Of a stretch of 64,000 bases of DNA, positions 28,921-37,541 are shown piece by piece (positions within the stretch are counted from its first letter, which is position 1; each line of letters begins with the position of its first letter). This stretch comes from an uncultured virus (IMG/VR IMGVR_UViG_3300028008_002028). Its lineage: Duplodnaviria > Heunggongvirae > Uroviricota > Caudoviricetes. Made by a program: the position numbers and the translations under genes. Location: the IMG/VR virus record IMGVR_UViG_3300028008_002028. One strand, written 5' to 3'. The notes under the pieces were generated by a model that was not told the origin of the DNA, did no database searches, and saw only the letters and a program-made list of their open reading frames with translations.

Positions 28921-30003
28921 ATGAGATTACATAACTTATTTGAAGATCAACAAGACGTAATGCAGCTACAAAAAGAGTTGATGGCTAAGATTTCTAATTT
29001 GCCAACAGACGGCGAAGAAGGAGAAAAAACAGCAAGAGTTATTGATAAAATTGAACAAGCATTACGTGATGTAGGAGCTGGCGGTAGAGTAGCGAATATA
29101 TTAAACCGAGTAGTTGAAATTAAAGATGAAGATGTTCAAAAAGCCACTAGAAAGGTAGCTAAAATTATTGCTGCTGTTGATTGGACTGGACCCGAAATAA
29201 AAGACTTATTTGTAAAATGGAACGCAGGTTCACTAGTAAATACCAAAGAATTATTAACACCAGGCAGTTCAACACCACAATCAATATATCCAGGTTATGG
29301 AAGCAATGAATCCTTTACAGAATTAGTAGATGATTTAAATCAGGTATCTGGTTATGGAATTGGAGAAGGAGAATTTACTTTAGCAGTTTTATCTCCAAAC
29401 GTTTCAGGAATTGGTGCTGACACAGGAGCAGGCGACTTAATAATTAATGGTGTTAATGTAGAAGTAAAAACACGAAGTGTTGGAGCTGCAAGATTTACAG
29501 ACAGAGATGTTACAGTAACATCAGAGTATACTACGTTGGTAAAACAATTTAGAGAAAAATATACAGAGCAGTTAGAAGCATACGAAACTCCAACAAAATC
29601 AGGATTAAGTTTAAAGTATCTTTGCGGGTTTGCACAATCAGAAGCAATGCAATCTCCTAATAATAAAAATGCATTTGCACAAGACTTAGGAAATATATTA
29701 CAAAATGTATTTACTATGGGTGTTGATGTTGGTCCTATTAGAGATGCTATTATGGCAGGTAGCGAAGGTGAAGCATCTCAAAAATATGCTAAAGCAAACA
29801 TTGATAATTACTTAGGAATTAAAAGAGAAAAAGGTGCATTAGATGGAATTCTATTTATTGACAAGAAGCAAGGTTCTTTAGTTTATGTTAGAAATTCTAC
29901 AGACTTAGATAAATCACCATTACGATTCCATCAAAATACTGCCTACGTGCTTGCATTCCAACAACCGGGACAATATCCATTCCCTCAAATGTATATCAAA
30001 TAA
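28921..30003 (+). CDS. Putative PD-(D/E)xK nuclease-fold protein
   Basis: GIGEGEF...GDLIINGVNVEVKT; MRLHNLFE leader. Confidence 0.55.
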   Translation: MRLHNLFEDQQDVMQLQKELMAKISNLPTDGEEGEKTARVIDKIEQALRDVGAGGRVANILNRVVEIKDEDVQKATRKVAKIIAAVDWTGPEIKDLFVKWNAGSLVNTKELLTPGSSTPQSIYPGYGSNESFTELVDDLNQVSGYGIGEGEFTLAVLSPNVSGIGADTGAGDLIINGVNVEVKTRSVGAARFTDRDVTVTSEYTTLVKQFREKYTEQLEAYETPTKSGLSLKYLCGFAQSEAMQSPNNKNAFAQDLGNILQNVFTMGVDVGPIRDAIMAGSEGEASQKYAKANIDNYLGIKREKGALDGILFIDKKQGSLVYVRNSTDLDKSPLRFHQNTAYVLAFQQPGQYPFPQMYIK

Positions 30004-30004
30004 T

Positions 30005-30289
30005 ATGTGGGATACTATTACGCAACTAGCAACAGAAAGGTTGTGGATTTACACAGCATTAGCAGGAAGTATATTTGGTGCATTATTCATTTACTGGATA
30101 AGAGACACATACATTGCCTTTTGGGCAATAAATAAGTGGGAAGCAATACTAGACTTCCTAGTCAATCGTTGGGGCTGGAGCTGGTTTAAACATAACCCAG
30201 ATGCTTGGAAGGCCGCTAACCCAAAACTTACAAAAAAGATTGAAGAACTAGAAGCTCGTATTAAAAAACTAGAAAAAAAGAAGAAGTAA
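30005..30289 (+). CDS. Small membrane protein with coiled-coil tail
   Basis: TM helix WIYTALAGSIFGALFIYWI; start reassigned to 30005. Confidence 0.6.
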   Translation: MWDTITQLATERLWIYTALAGSIFGALFIYWIRDTYIAFWAINKWEAILDFLVNRWGWSWFKHNPDAWKAANPKLTKKIEELEARIKKLEKKKK

Positions 30290-30295
30290 TCTTAT

Positions 30296-31174
30296 ATGAA
30301 AGAGATATATCTTGTATGTACCCGTAGTGCTATTACGGCCAGTGCATTAACTTATATAATTAATTGTAGTCCAGACTTTTACAACATGTCACATAATAAC
30401 TTGTGGCTAGAAGAAAATAGTGAACATTTTGGCAAAGCACATATTATCAATGACTGGTGGAATGTTGCAGATGAAATGCGAAAAGCATATGATCCAGATT
30501 TTAGAAACAACATAGTACTGTCAGAAGAGAAACTAATAGCATTAGTTGAAGAGTGGAGAACATTTCCAACTACTAAAAACATATGTTTGTTTACACATGC
30601 ACGTAACACAGCAGACATCATGCACTACGTACAAAAGAATAACTTACCTGTTAAAGTAATAACAACAATAATGGGCGACAATTCACATCATTTTATTGAA
30701 GCATTTCTACGCAGAGAGTACAATGACGAAATGAATGAATTTGATGAGCAATTTGAGATATGGAAATACATATATTATCAATTATCAACACAAGATGAAG
30801 TATGGCAAGAATCATATGACTATTGTTTTCAAATGTCAGACTGGCTACACAAGCCAAGTAGTTTGTACACTACACTAAACGTACAAAATTGTACAGATAT
30901 ATCATCATGGACCAGTCAGTACCTAAGATGGAACAACAGTGATGAATTTGTTGAACCTGTTGGATGCAGTGTAAATAAAAAGATAGCAAAAAGCATGGAA
31001 GTTTTGACATGGATGTACAACACAAATACAAATAATACACAAACAAATTGCGAAAAGATAAAATTTGGCATCCTACTGTATGAATACTATCAAAAGAACT
31101 ATACAAACGACCCAATTGAACTTGTAAATGATGTTCAAAAAAAGCTCGGTATTGACTTGACAAATAACGTCTAA
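30296..31174 (+). CDS. Hypothetical protein (possibly sulfotransferase-like fold)
   Basis: Long ORF; N-terminus loosely resembles 42177/42938 (S.LTYIIN.SP.F). Confidence 0.5.
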   Translation: MKEIYLVCTRSAITASALTYIINCSPDFYNMSHNNLWLEENSEHFGKAHIINDWWNVADEMRKAYDPDFRNNIVLSEEKLIALVEEWRTFPTTKNICLFTHARNTADIMHYVQKNNLPVKVITTIMGDNSHHFIEAFLRREYNDEMNEFDEQFEIWKYIYYQLSTQDEVWQESYDYCFQMSDWLHKPSSLYTTLNVQNCTDISSWTSQYLRWNNSDEFVEPVGCSVNKKIAKSMEVLTWMYNTNTNNTQTNCEKIKFGILLYEYYQKNYTNDPIELVNDVQKKLGIDLTNNV

Positions 31175-31185
31175 TACGTTATTAT
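31157..31185 (+). promoter_or_regulatory. Sigma70-type promoter overlapped by an inverted repeat
   Basis: TTGACA-N17-TATTAT; AATAACGT-N5-ACGTTATT at 31163-31183. Confidence 0.65.
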
Positions 31186-31218
31186 AGTTATAAGATTATA
31201 TAAAACCGGAGGTCTTAA

Positions 31219-31473
31219 ATGACAACATTTTCTGAAGCAGACGTAAATAAATTAAAGCATCTTATCAAAGAAGGCATTCAAGTAACACAAGAAGTAGAAA
31301 CACTTAAAGAAGGACTTCGCGATACAGTAAAAGCAATCGCAGAAGAGATGGACATTAAGCCGTCAGTGCTTAATAAAGCAGTACGTATTGCTTACAAAGT
31401 TGAATTTGCTAAAGCACGTGATGAATTTGATGAATTAGAAACAATCTTATCAACAGTAGGTCGCGATCAATAA
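31219..31473 (+). CDS. T4 DsbA/GapR-like dsDNA-binding protein
   Basis: 84-aa helical protein LKHLIKE...LRDTVKAIAEEMDIKPSVLNKAVRIAYK; SD GGAGG. Confidence 0.65.
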   Translation: MTTFSEADVNKLKHLIKEGIQVTQEVETLKEGLRDTVKAIAEEMDIKPSVLNKAVRIAYKVEFAKARDEFDELETILSTVGRDQ

Positions 31474-34167
31474 ATGGCATATGTAGACGGGTACTTTGAC
31501 AGGCAACGTGATGTCTTAAGAGTAGTGGAACGCATTGATGGCAGGCGGGAATACAAAGAGTTTCCTGCTCGCTATCAGTTTTACTATCCAGATCCACGTG
31601 GTAAATTTACAAGCATCTTTGGTGATAGTTTAGAGCGTGTTGTATGTAACACTAGCAAAAAGTTTAACACTGAGAAAAAGATTCACGGACATAAAAAGTT
31701 GTTTGAGAGTGATCTCAATCCACTATTTCGTTGTTTTGCTGAAAATTATGATGCAACAGACACACCTGAACTACAAACAGCTTTCTTTGATATTGAGACA
31801 GACTTCAATCAAGAAAAAGGTTTTGCTCCACCTGAGGATCCGTTCAATGCTGTTACGGCAGTTAGTGTACATCTAAGTTGGTTAAACCGTACAATATGTT
31901 TAGCAATTAAACCTGATACATTAACCAAAGAACAAGCAACAGAAGTATGCGACAAGTTTGAAGATACAATACTATGTGATACCGAAGCGGCAATGCTTGA
32001 GTCATTTCTTGATCTAATTGATGATGCAGATATCTTAACAGGCTGGAACAGTGAAGGCTTTGATATTCCATACATGGTGAATAGAGTTGCACGTGTGTTA
32101 AGCAAAAGCCATACACGTAGATTCTGTTTATGGGAGCAGTATCCTAAGAAGCGTACATTTGAAAGGTTTGGTGCAGAAAACGAAACGTTTGATTTACTAG
32201 GTAGAGTACACTTAGACTATATGCAATTGTATCGTAAGTATACATATCACGAAATGCACAGTTATAGTTTGGATGCTATTGGCGAATATGAGCTTTCAGA
32301 ACGCAAAGTTGAGTATGAAGGTACGCTAGATCAATTATACAACAATGACTTTGAAACATTTATTGCATATTCAAGACAAGACGTTGACTTGCTGGTAAGA
32401 CTAGATGCTAAACTACAGTTTATTGACTTAGCAAATGTGTTAGCACATTCTAACACAGTGTTGCTACAAACAACAATGGGTGCGGTTGCACAAACTGACC
32501 AAGCGATTGTTAACGAAGCACATCAACAGGGCTTTATTGTTCCTGACAAAAAGTTTGACAAAGACACTACACAGGCCGCAGGCGCCTATGTTGCAGATCC
32601 TAAACGTGGAATGCACAAATGGATTGGCAGTATGGATTTAAACTCACTGTATCCTAGTATTATTCGTAGTTGTAATATGAGCACCGAGACTATTGTTGGT
32701 CAAGTGCGTCATACATTTACACGTGATTTGCTAGACAAGGCAAAAACAGTTCCAGAAGCATGGGAGGGTCGTTTCGCAACACCTGAGTATGAACTTGTTA
32801 TGGACAAAGACCAAGCAGAACTTATGCACATTGACTTTGAAAACGGAGAAACGTTTGAAGCCACTGGTGCAGAGATATATGAGATTATCTTTAACAGTGG
32901 ACAACCTTGGATTATTAGTGCTAATGGTACAATTTTTACATATGAGAAAAAAGGTATTATTCCTGGACTACTAGAGCGTTGGTATGCAGAGCGTAAAGAA
33001 CTACAAGCAAAGGCAGTAGCGGCACGTGAAGAAGGTGGCGATAAGTTTGCGTTTTGGGACAAGCGACAGTTGGTTAAAAAGATTAACTTGAACAGTTTGT
33101 ATGGTGCGTTACTTAACCCGGGCAGTAGATTCTTTGACAGTAGGCTAGGACAATCAACTACACTAACAGGGCGTAGTATTGCAAAGCATATGGCGGCTAA
33201 ATGCAATGAAATTATGGCAGGCGAATATAATCATGTAGGCAAAAGCATTGTTTATGGTGATACTGACTCCACATACTTTAGTGCATATCCTATTCTTAAG
33301 CCTGAAATTGACAAAGGCGAAATACAGTGGGATAAAGATACTATTACAAGTTACTATGAAGCGGTGTGTGATGAGGTAAACAAAACTTTTCCTAACTTTA
33401 TGAACAAAGCGTTTCACACAACTGTTGAATTAGGTACAATTATTGCCGCTGGTAGAGAGATATCAGCACAGTCAGGTATCTTTATTACTAAGAAACGTTA
33501 TGCGGCACTGGTATATGACAACGAAGGCAAGCGTGAAGACACAGATGGTAAGCCAGGCAAAGTAAAAGCAATGGGCTTGGACTTGAAGCGCAGTGATACG
33601 CCAGCATTTATGCAAGACTTCTTAAAAGAATTGCTAATGACAACACTTACAGACGGCGGCGAAGAAGCAGTTATTAAACGTATTATTGAATTCCGCAAAG
33701 AGTTTCGTAGTATGGACAGTTGGAAAAAAGGCACACCAAAGCGTGTTAACAATCTAACTAAGTTTCGTGGAATTGTTGCAAATTATGACAAGTCTAAGAG
33801 CAAAGCAATTAGAGATGGACGCAGTGCTAACGATATTAAGAAGCCAGCACTTCCTGGTCACGTAAGAGCGGCATTAAACTGGAATCAAATGCGTGATATT
33901 AACAGTGACAAGTATAGTATTGAGATTACAGATGGCATGAAAACAGTTGTATGTAAGCTAAAAGACAATCCCATGGGTTATACAAGCGTAGGATATCCTA
34001 CAGATGAAACACGTTTACCTGAATGGTTTACTAATCTTCCATTTGATGATGATGCTATGGAACATGCTATTATTACTAAGAAGTTAGAAAACTTATTGGG
34101 CGTGTTAAAGTGGGATTTAGACGCTGGATCGGCTCGTAATACATTCGCTGACCTATTTGATTTTTAA
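31474..34167 (+). CDS. polB: DNA polymerase, family B
   Basis: Exo FDIET, GWNSEGFDIPY; pol DLNSLYPSII, KINLNSLYG, YGDTDS, KKRY; no intein visible. Confidence 0.97.
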   Translation: MAYVDGYFDRQRDVLRVVERIDGRREYKEFPARYQFYYPDPRGKFTSIFGDSLERVVCNTSKKFNTEKKIHGHKKLFESDLNPLFRCFAENYDATDTPELQTAFFDIETDFNQEKGFAPPEDPFNAVTAVSVHLSWLNRTICLAIKPDTLTKEQATEVCDKFEDTILCDTEAAMLESFLDLIDDADILTGWNSEGFDIPYMVNRVARVLSKSHTRRFCLWEQYPKKRTFERFGAENETFDLLGRVHLDYMQLYRKYTYHEMHSYSLDAIGEYELSERKVEYEGTLDQLYNNDFETFIAYSRQDVDLLVRLDAKLQFIDLANVLAHSNTVLLQTTMGAVAQTDQAIVNEAHQQGFIVPDKKFDKDTTQAAGAYVADPKRGMHKWIGSMDLNSLYPSIIRSCNMSTETIVGQVRHTFTRDLLDKAKTVPEAWEGRFATPEYELVMDKDQAELMHIDFENGETFEATGAEIYEIIFNSGQPWIISANGTIFTYEKKGIIPGLLERWYAERKELQAKAVAAREEGGDKFAFWDKRQLVKKINLNSLYGALLNPGSRFFDSRLGQSTTLTGRSIAKHMAAKCNEIMAGEYNHVGKSIVYGDTDSTYFSAYPILKPEIDKGEIQWDKDTITSYYEAVCDEVNKTFPNFMNKAFHTTVELGTIIAAGREISAQSGIFITKKRYAALVYDNEGKREDTDGKPGKVKAMGLDLKRSDTPAFMQDFLKELLMTTLTDGGEEAVIKRIIEFRKEFRSMDSWKKGTPKRVNNLTKFRGIVANYDKSKSKAIRDGRSANDIKKPALPGHVRAALNWNQMRDINSDKYSIEITDGMKTVVCKLKDNPMGYTSVGYPTDETRLPEWFTNLPFDDDAMEHAIITKKLENLLGVLKWDLDAGSARNTFADLFDF

Positions 34168-34178
34168 TAAATAATAGT

Positions 34179-34394
34179 ATGGAAATTATCGGCATAACAA
34201 CGACTATTGTATTTGTATCTATTGTATGGTTCTTTATTGTACTATCAGTATGCAAAGCATTAAATATCAAAAAAGACGCACCTATAAGTAAAATTATGTG
34301 CTGTTTAGTGCTTATGGGACCAATAGGATGGAGTATTATACTCGTAATAACTGCATATGACCTTGTAGATAGGCTATTTACAAGTAAAAAATAA
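34179..34394 (+). CDS. Small membrane protein, leaderless
   Basis: TAAATA-N5-ATG; two hydrophobic segments. Confidence 0.55.
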   Translation: MEIIGITTTIVFVSIVWFFIVLSVCKALNIKKDAPISKIMCCLVLMGPIGWSIILVITAYDLVDRLFTSKK

Positions 34395-34416
34395 CTAAAA
34401 AAATTACAAGTCGTTG

Positions 34417-34445
34417 AAAACACTAGATTCTTTTCTAGTGTTTTT
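34417..34445 (+). terminator. Rho-independent terminator
   Basis: AAAACACTAGA-ttcttt-TCTAGTGTTTT. Confidence 0.75.
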
Positions 34446-34447
34446 AC

Positions 34448-34476
34448 TTGACAACCAAGAGCTCTTAGTGTATACT
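34448..34476 (+). promoter_or_regulatory. Early sigma70 promoter with AAGAGCTCTT palindrome (copy 4)
   Basis: TTGACA-accAAGAGCTCTTagtg-TATACT. Confidence 0.88.
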
Positions 34477-34504
34477 GTATATATAAGTTGGAAAAGAGGG
34501 TTAA

Positions 34505-34978
34505 ATGACAGTTGTAATTAATATCAAAGGCGGAAGTGCAACACAAAAGAAACATACCAGGACAATGGTAGAATTTTGTATTGATATGCTGATGCCACGT
34601 ATGAAAACACTGGAAATTAACGTACATATTAAAGACTTTAAAGACGACAATTCTTATGGATATGCATTAGCAACTGATGATGCTGATGACAATCGTCCAA
34701 GAGAATTTGATGTTGATATAAATAAAGACACTAGACTACGTAGACTACTTGAAACAGTAGCACACGAAATGGTGCATGTAAAACAGTTTGCACGTGGCGA
34801 ACTATACCAAAGTTCAATGACAGCAAAGCATCGTTGGCAGGGTAAATGGCAACGTAACGAAAATCACTATTATGATTTACCTTGGGAGATTGAGGCTCAC
34901 GGTAGAGAAATTGGTCTATTTGTAAGATGGGCAGAACAGCATGGTCATGCCAACAAAGCATGGACACAAGACGACTAA
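34505..34978 (+). CDS. Zincin-like metallopeptidase
   Basis: AHEMVHVKQ (HExxH) and PWEIEA. Confidence 0.8.
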   Translation: MTVVINIKGGSATQKKHTRTMVEFCIDMLMPRMKTLEINVHIKDFKDDNSYGYALATDDADDNRPREFDVDINKDTRLRRLLETVAHEMVHVKQFARGELYQSSMTAKHRWQGKWQRNENHYYDLPWEIEAHGREIGLFVRWAEQHGHANKAWTQDD

Positions 34979-35001
34979 ACTTAACAAGAGCAGGAAATAC
35001 T

Positions 35002-35523
35002 ATGATAAAACTTATTACTTCTTTGGTCCTAATAATTGGATTGTCGACTACAACTAGAGCAGATAGTCAAACATTTGCGTTTGATCAAGAACAATTTCCA
35101 GAAGTGCATTGTTTAGCACTTAATATCTATTACGAAGCACGTGGCAGCAACTTTGCAGATCAAGTAGGTGTAGCAGATGTTGTATTAAATCGTGTAAACG
35201 ACAGACGTTATCCAGACTCAGTATGTGGTGTTGTTCAGCAAGGTAAGAAAAAGCCTAGTTGGAAAGACTCTAGCGTAATGGTTATGGTTCGTAACATGTG
35301 TCAGTTTAGCTGGTATTGTGATGGGAAGGCTGATAATCCACATCAAGGTGATGCATGGGTTAATGCACAAACAGTAGCATGGAGAATTATGCAGTTTGGT
35401 GAGTTCCGTGGTATAAGCGAAGGCGCAACACATTATCATGCAACATATGTAGAGCCTAATTGGGCAGGATCATTGCAAATGGTAGGAACAATAGGCAAGC
35501 ATATCTTTTATCGCTGGAACTAA
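35002..35523 (+). CDS. Cell wall hydrolase, SleB/Hydrolase_2 family
   Basis: CLALNIYYEARG, VLNRV, CQFSWYCDG, GATHYHA, IGKHIFY; signal peptide. Confidence 0.92.
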   Translation: MIKLITSLVLIIGLSTTTRADSQTFAFDQEQFPEVHCLALNIYYEARGSNFADQVGVADVVLNRVNDRRYPDSVCGVVQQGKKKPSWKDSSVMVMVRNMCQFSWYCDGKADNPHQGDAWVNAQTVAWRIMQFGEFRGISEGATHYHATYVEPNWAGSLQMVGTIGKHIFYRWN

Positions 35524-35524
35524 T

Positions 35525-36193
35525 ATGTATAAAGGTCAAAACAAAGACAATATAATAAAGGGAGAATGGTTTAACACTTTCCCAAAAGGTTTTGATATTC
35601 CTGGCCATAGACAATTTCGTGACAAACAAGAAGAACAAGAAACACCCAATCATCTAGTAGATACTGTAAGTTATACAATTAACGATTGGGGCTACAGAGG
35701 TGAATTAATTCCAAAAGAATGTGCTGATGCAGCCTTTGGTTGTAGTTGCACATTTGGAGTAGGAGTATCAGCACCGTGGCCAAGTATGGTAGGTGCAGTT
35801 AATTGTGGACAACCTGGAGCAAGCAACGATAAGATTACCAGACTTGCTATATCATATTGCGAAACATTTAAGCCAAACACTATATATGTTATGTGGACTT
35901 ATTGGCAAAGGCGTGAATGGATTGATGACAAAGGTAATGTATTAGCTTATAAGAATCAACACATAAATGAAGACTGGGCAAACAGTCATGCTATATTAAC
36001 AAATGATGTATGGGATGAATATAACTACAAAAAGAATCAATTATTACTCCGTAGTTATTGCGAACTAAATAATATAGAATTAATAGAAACAACAGTATTA
36101 GATCTAAACAAAGATGAGTATCCTTTAGCTAGAGATAATAACCATCCCGGAGCAGATTGGCATTTAAATGTTAGCGCATCACTCATTACTTAA
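35525..36193 (+). CDS. SGNH/GDSL-like protein
   Basis: FGCSCTFGVG, NCGQPGASN, RDNNHPG. Confidence 0.6.
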   Translation: MYKGQNKDNIIKGEWFNTFPKGFDIPGHRQFRDKQEEQETPNHLVDTVSYTINDWGYRGELIPKECADAAFGCSCTFGVGVSAPWPSMVGAVNCGQPGASNDKITRLAISYCETFKPNTIYVMWTYWQRREWIDDKGNVLAYKNQHINEDWANSHAILTNDVWDEYNYKKNQLLLRSYCELNNIELIETTVLDLNKDEYPLARDNNHPGADWHLNVSASLIT

Positions 36194-36971
36194 AAATTGG
36201 TACGATAAACATATTTCAACTGGTGGATATATCGCTAGTTGTTATGTTGATTGGAATATATTACATAATCCAATGTATGATTTTATTAGGTTATTAGAAG
36301 CGTATAAAAAAATTGAATATCTTGATATAGAAGAATTTGCACAATCCGAGGTAATGGATAATACTATGCCTGATAGATGGATAATGGAAGACCTAAGTAA
36401 GATTAAATACCTCACTGAAGAAATATTAGCAGATTCATTGTTGTTTCATCCACAAGTTATACATGAACCATGGTTTGATAGATATAGAGTTCATCCAGGT
36501 AGTGGCAGAGCAATAGCATTATGGCTATGTGGATTCCAACAATTTAAAACAATATACACACATTTTAATGAACCAGGATTTGCACCGCCAGGACATACTA
36601 TAAAACTAGACACTTGGGAAAGTTTAGGCAACGAAATTATATGTACAGGACCTGCCAATAGTTTTCGTAGTTCATATGACGTAGAAACGTTTAGAGCCTT
36701 TCCAAAATTACACAAAGATATAAAACACACTAAACAAAAAGACATTGAATGGGCTCCGAATTTTACTAGCAGTAAACCTTGGGAATTTTTAATATACAGC
36801 GAAGGCAAACAGTTCTTACACTTTAAACGAGAATGGCGTTCACACAGTTATGACATGTATACTGACTTACAACACAGTATTACTCAAATAGGTAGAACTA
36901 TTTTTGAGTTCAAAAAAGATAAAGTAGTGCGAGTAATTAGAGGCGATGAAACATATAATATCGTTGACTAA
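36168..36971 (+). CDS. Hypothetical protein
   Basis: Long ORF; RVHPGSGR weakly ParB-like. Confidence 0.55.
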   Translation: MLAHHSLLKNWYDKHISTGGYIASCYVDWNILHNPMYDFIRLLEAYKKIEYLDIEEFAQSEVMDNTMPDRWIMEDLSKIKYLTEEILADSLLFHPQVIHEPWFDRYRVHPGSGRAIALWLCGFQQFKTIYTHFNEPGFAPPGHTIKLDTWESLGNEIICTGPANSFRSSYDVETFRAFPKLHKDIKHTKQKDIEWAPNFTSSKPWEFLIYSEGKQFLHFKREWRSHSYDMYTDLQHSITQIGRTIFEFKKDKVVRVIRGDETYNIVD

Positions 36972-37011
36972 ATTGCTGTTTTAATGTATAATAATTTTAA
37001 TTACATAAATA
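36964..37011 (+). promoter_or_regulatory. Tandem sigma70 promoter and late TAAATA motif upstream of queD
   Basis: TTGACT-N17-TATAAT (36964-36992) and TAAATA (37006-37011). Confidence 0.7.
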
Positions 37012-37016
37012 CATAC

Positions 37017-37078
37017 GAGGACTTAAAATGGATCGACCCTCTCTAAATACTCCGCTCCTAGTAAAACTTAAAGGAGAA
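37017..37078 (+). ncRNA. Candidate preQ1-I-like riboswitch in queD leader
   Basis: GAGG/CCUC stem, 17-nt loop ending AC, A-rich tail, loop UGGA complementary to UCCG, CUCCU anti-SD. Confidence 0.4.
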
Positions 37079-37082
37079 GAAT

Positions 37083-37532
37083 ATGCCTAATTATTTTAGC
37101 ACAAAAAAATACGGACACAACATCGGATTATCCGCAGTGTTTCGTCAACCAAATGCGGATCATTCGCATTGCCATTTGTTACATGGTTACAGTTTAGCAT
37201 TTAAATTTACATTTGCTTGTGATGAACTTGATAACAAAAACTGGGCAGTTGACTTTGGTGGACTAAAGCCACTAAAGAAATGGTTGGAAGATAACTTTGA
37301 TCATAAGACAGTTATTGACAGAGAAGATCCATTCTTATATAAGTTCGCAGAACTTGAGAACATGGGATTAGCAGAAATTGTAGTAATGGATGGAGTAGGC
37401 GCAGAAAAGTTTGCCGAGCATGCATGGAAGTTTGCTAATGATCTTGTTAAAGAAATGAGTGATGGACGTTGTTGGTGTGTTGAAGCCGAATGTGCAGAAC
37501 ATGGCGCCAACTCAGCAATATACAGAGGATAA
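37083..37532 (+). CDS. queD: 6-carboxy-5,6,7,8-tetrahydropterin synthase
   Basis: HSHCHLLHGYS, VDFGGLK, FDHK, GAEKFAE, EHGANSA. Confidence 0.9.
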   Translation: MPNYFSTKKYGHNIGLSAVFRQPNADHSHCHLLHGYSLAFKFTFACDELDNKNWAVDFGGLKPLKKWLEDNFDHKTVIDREDPFLYKFAELENMGLAEIVVMDGVGAEKFAEHAWKFANDLVKEMSDGRCWCVEAECAEHGANSAIYRG

Positions 37533-37541
37533 TAAATTAAT

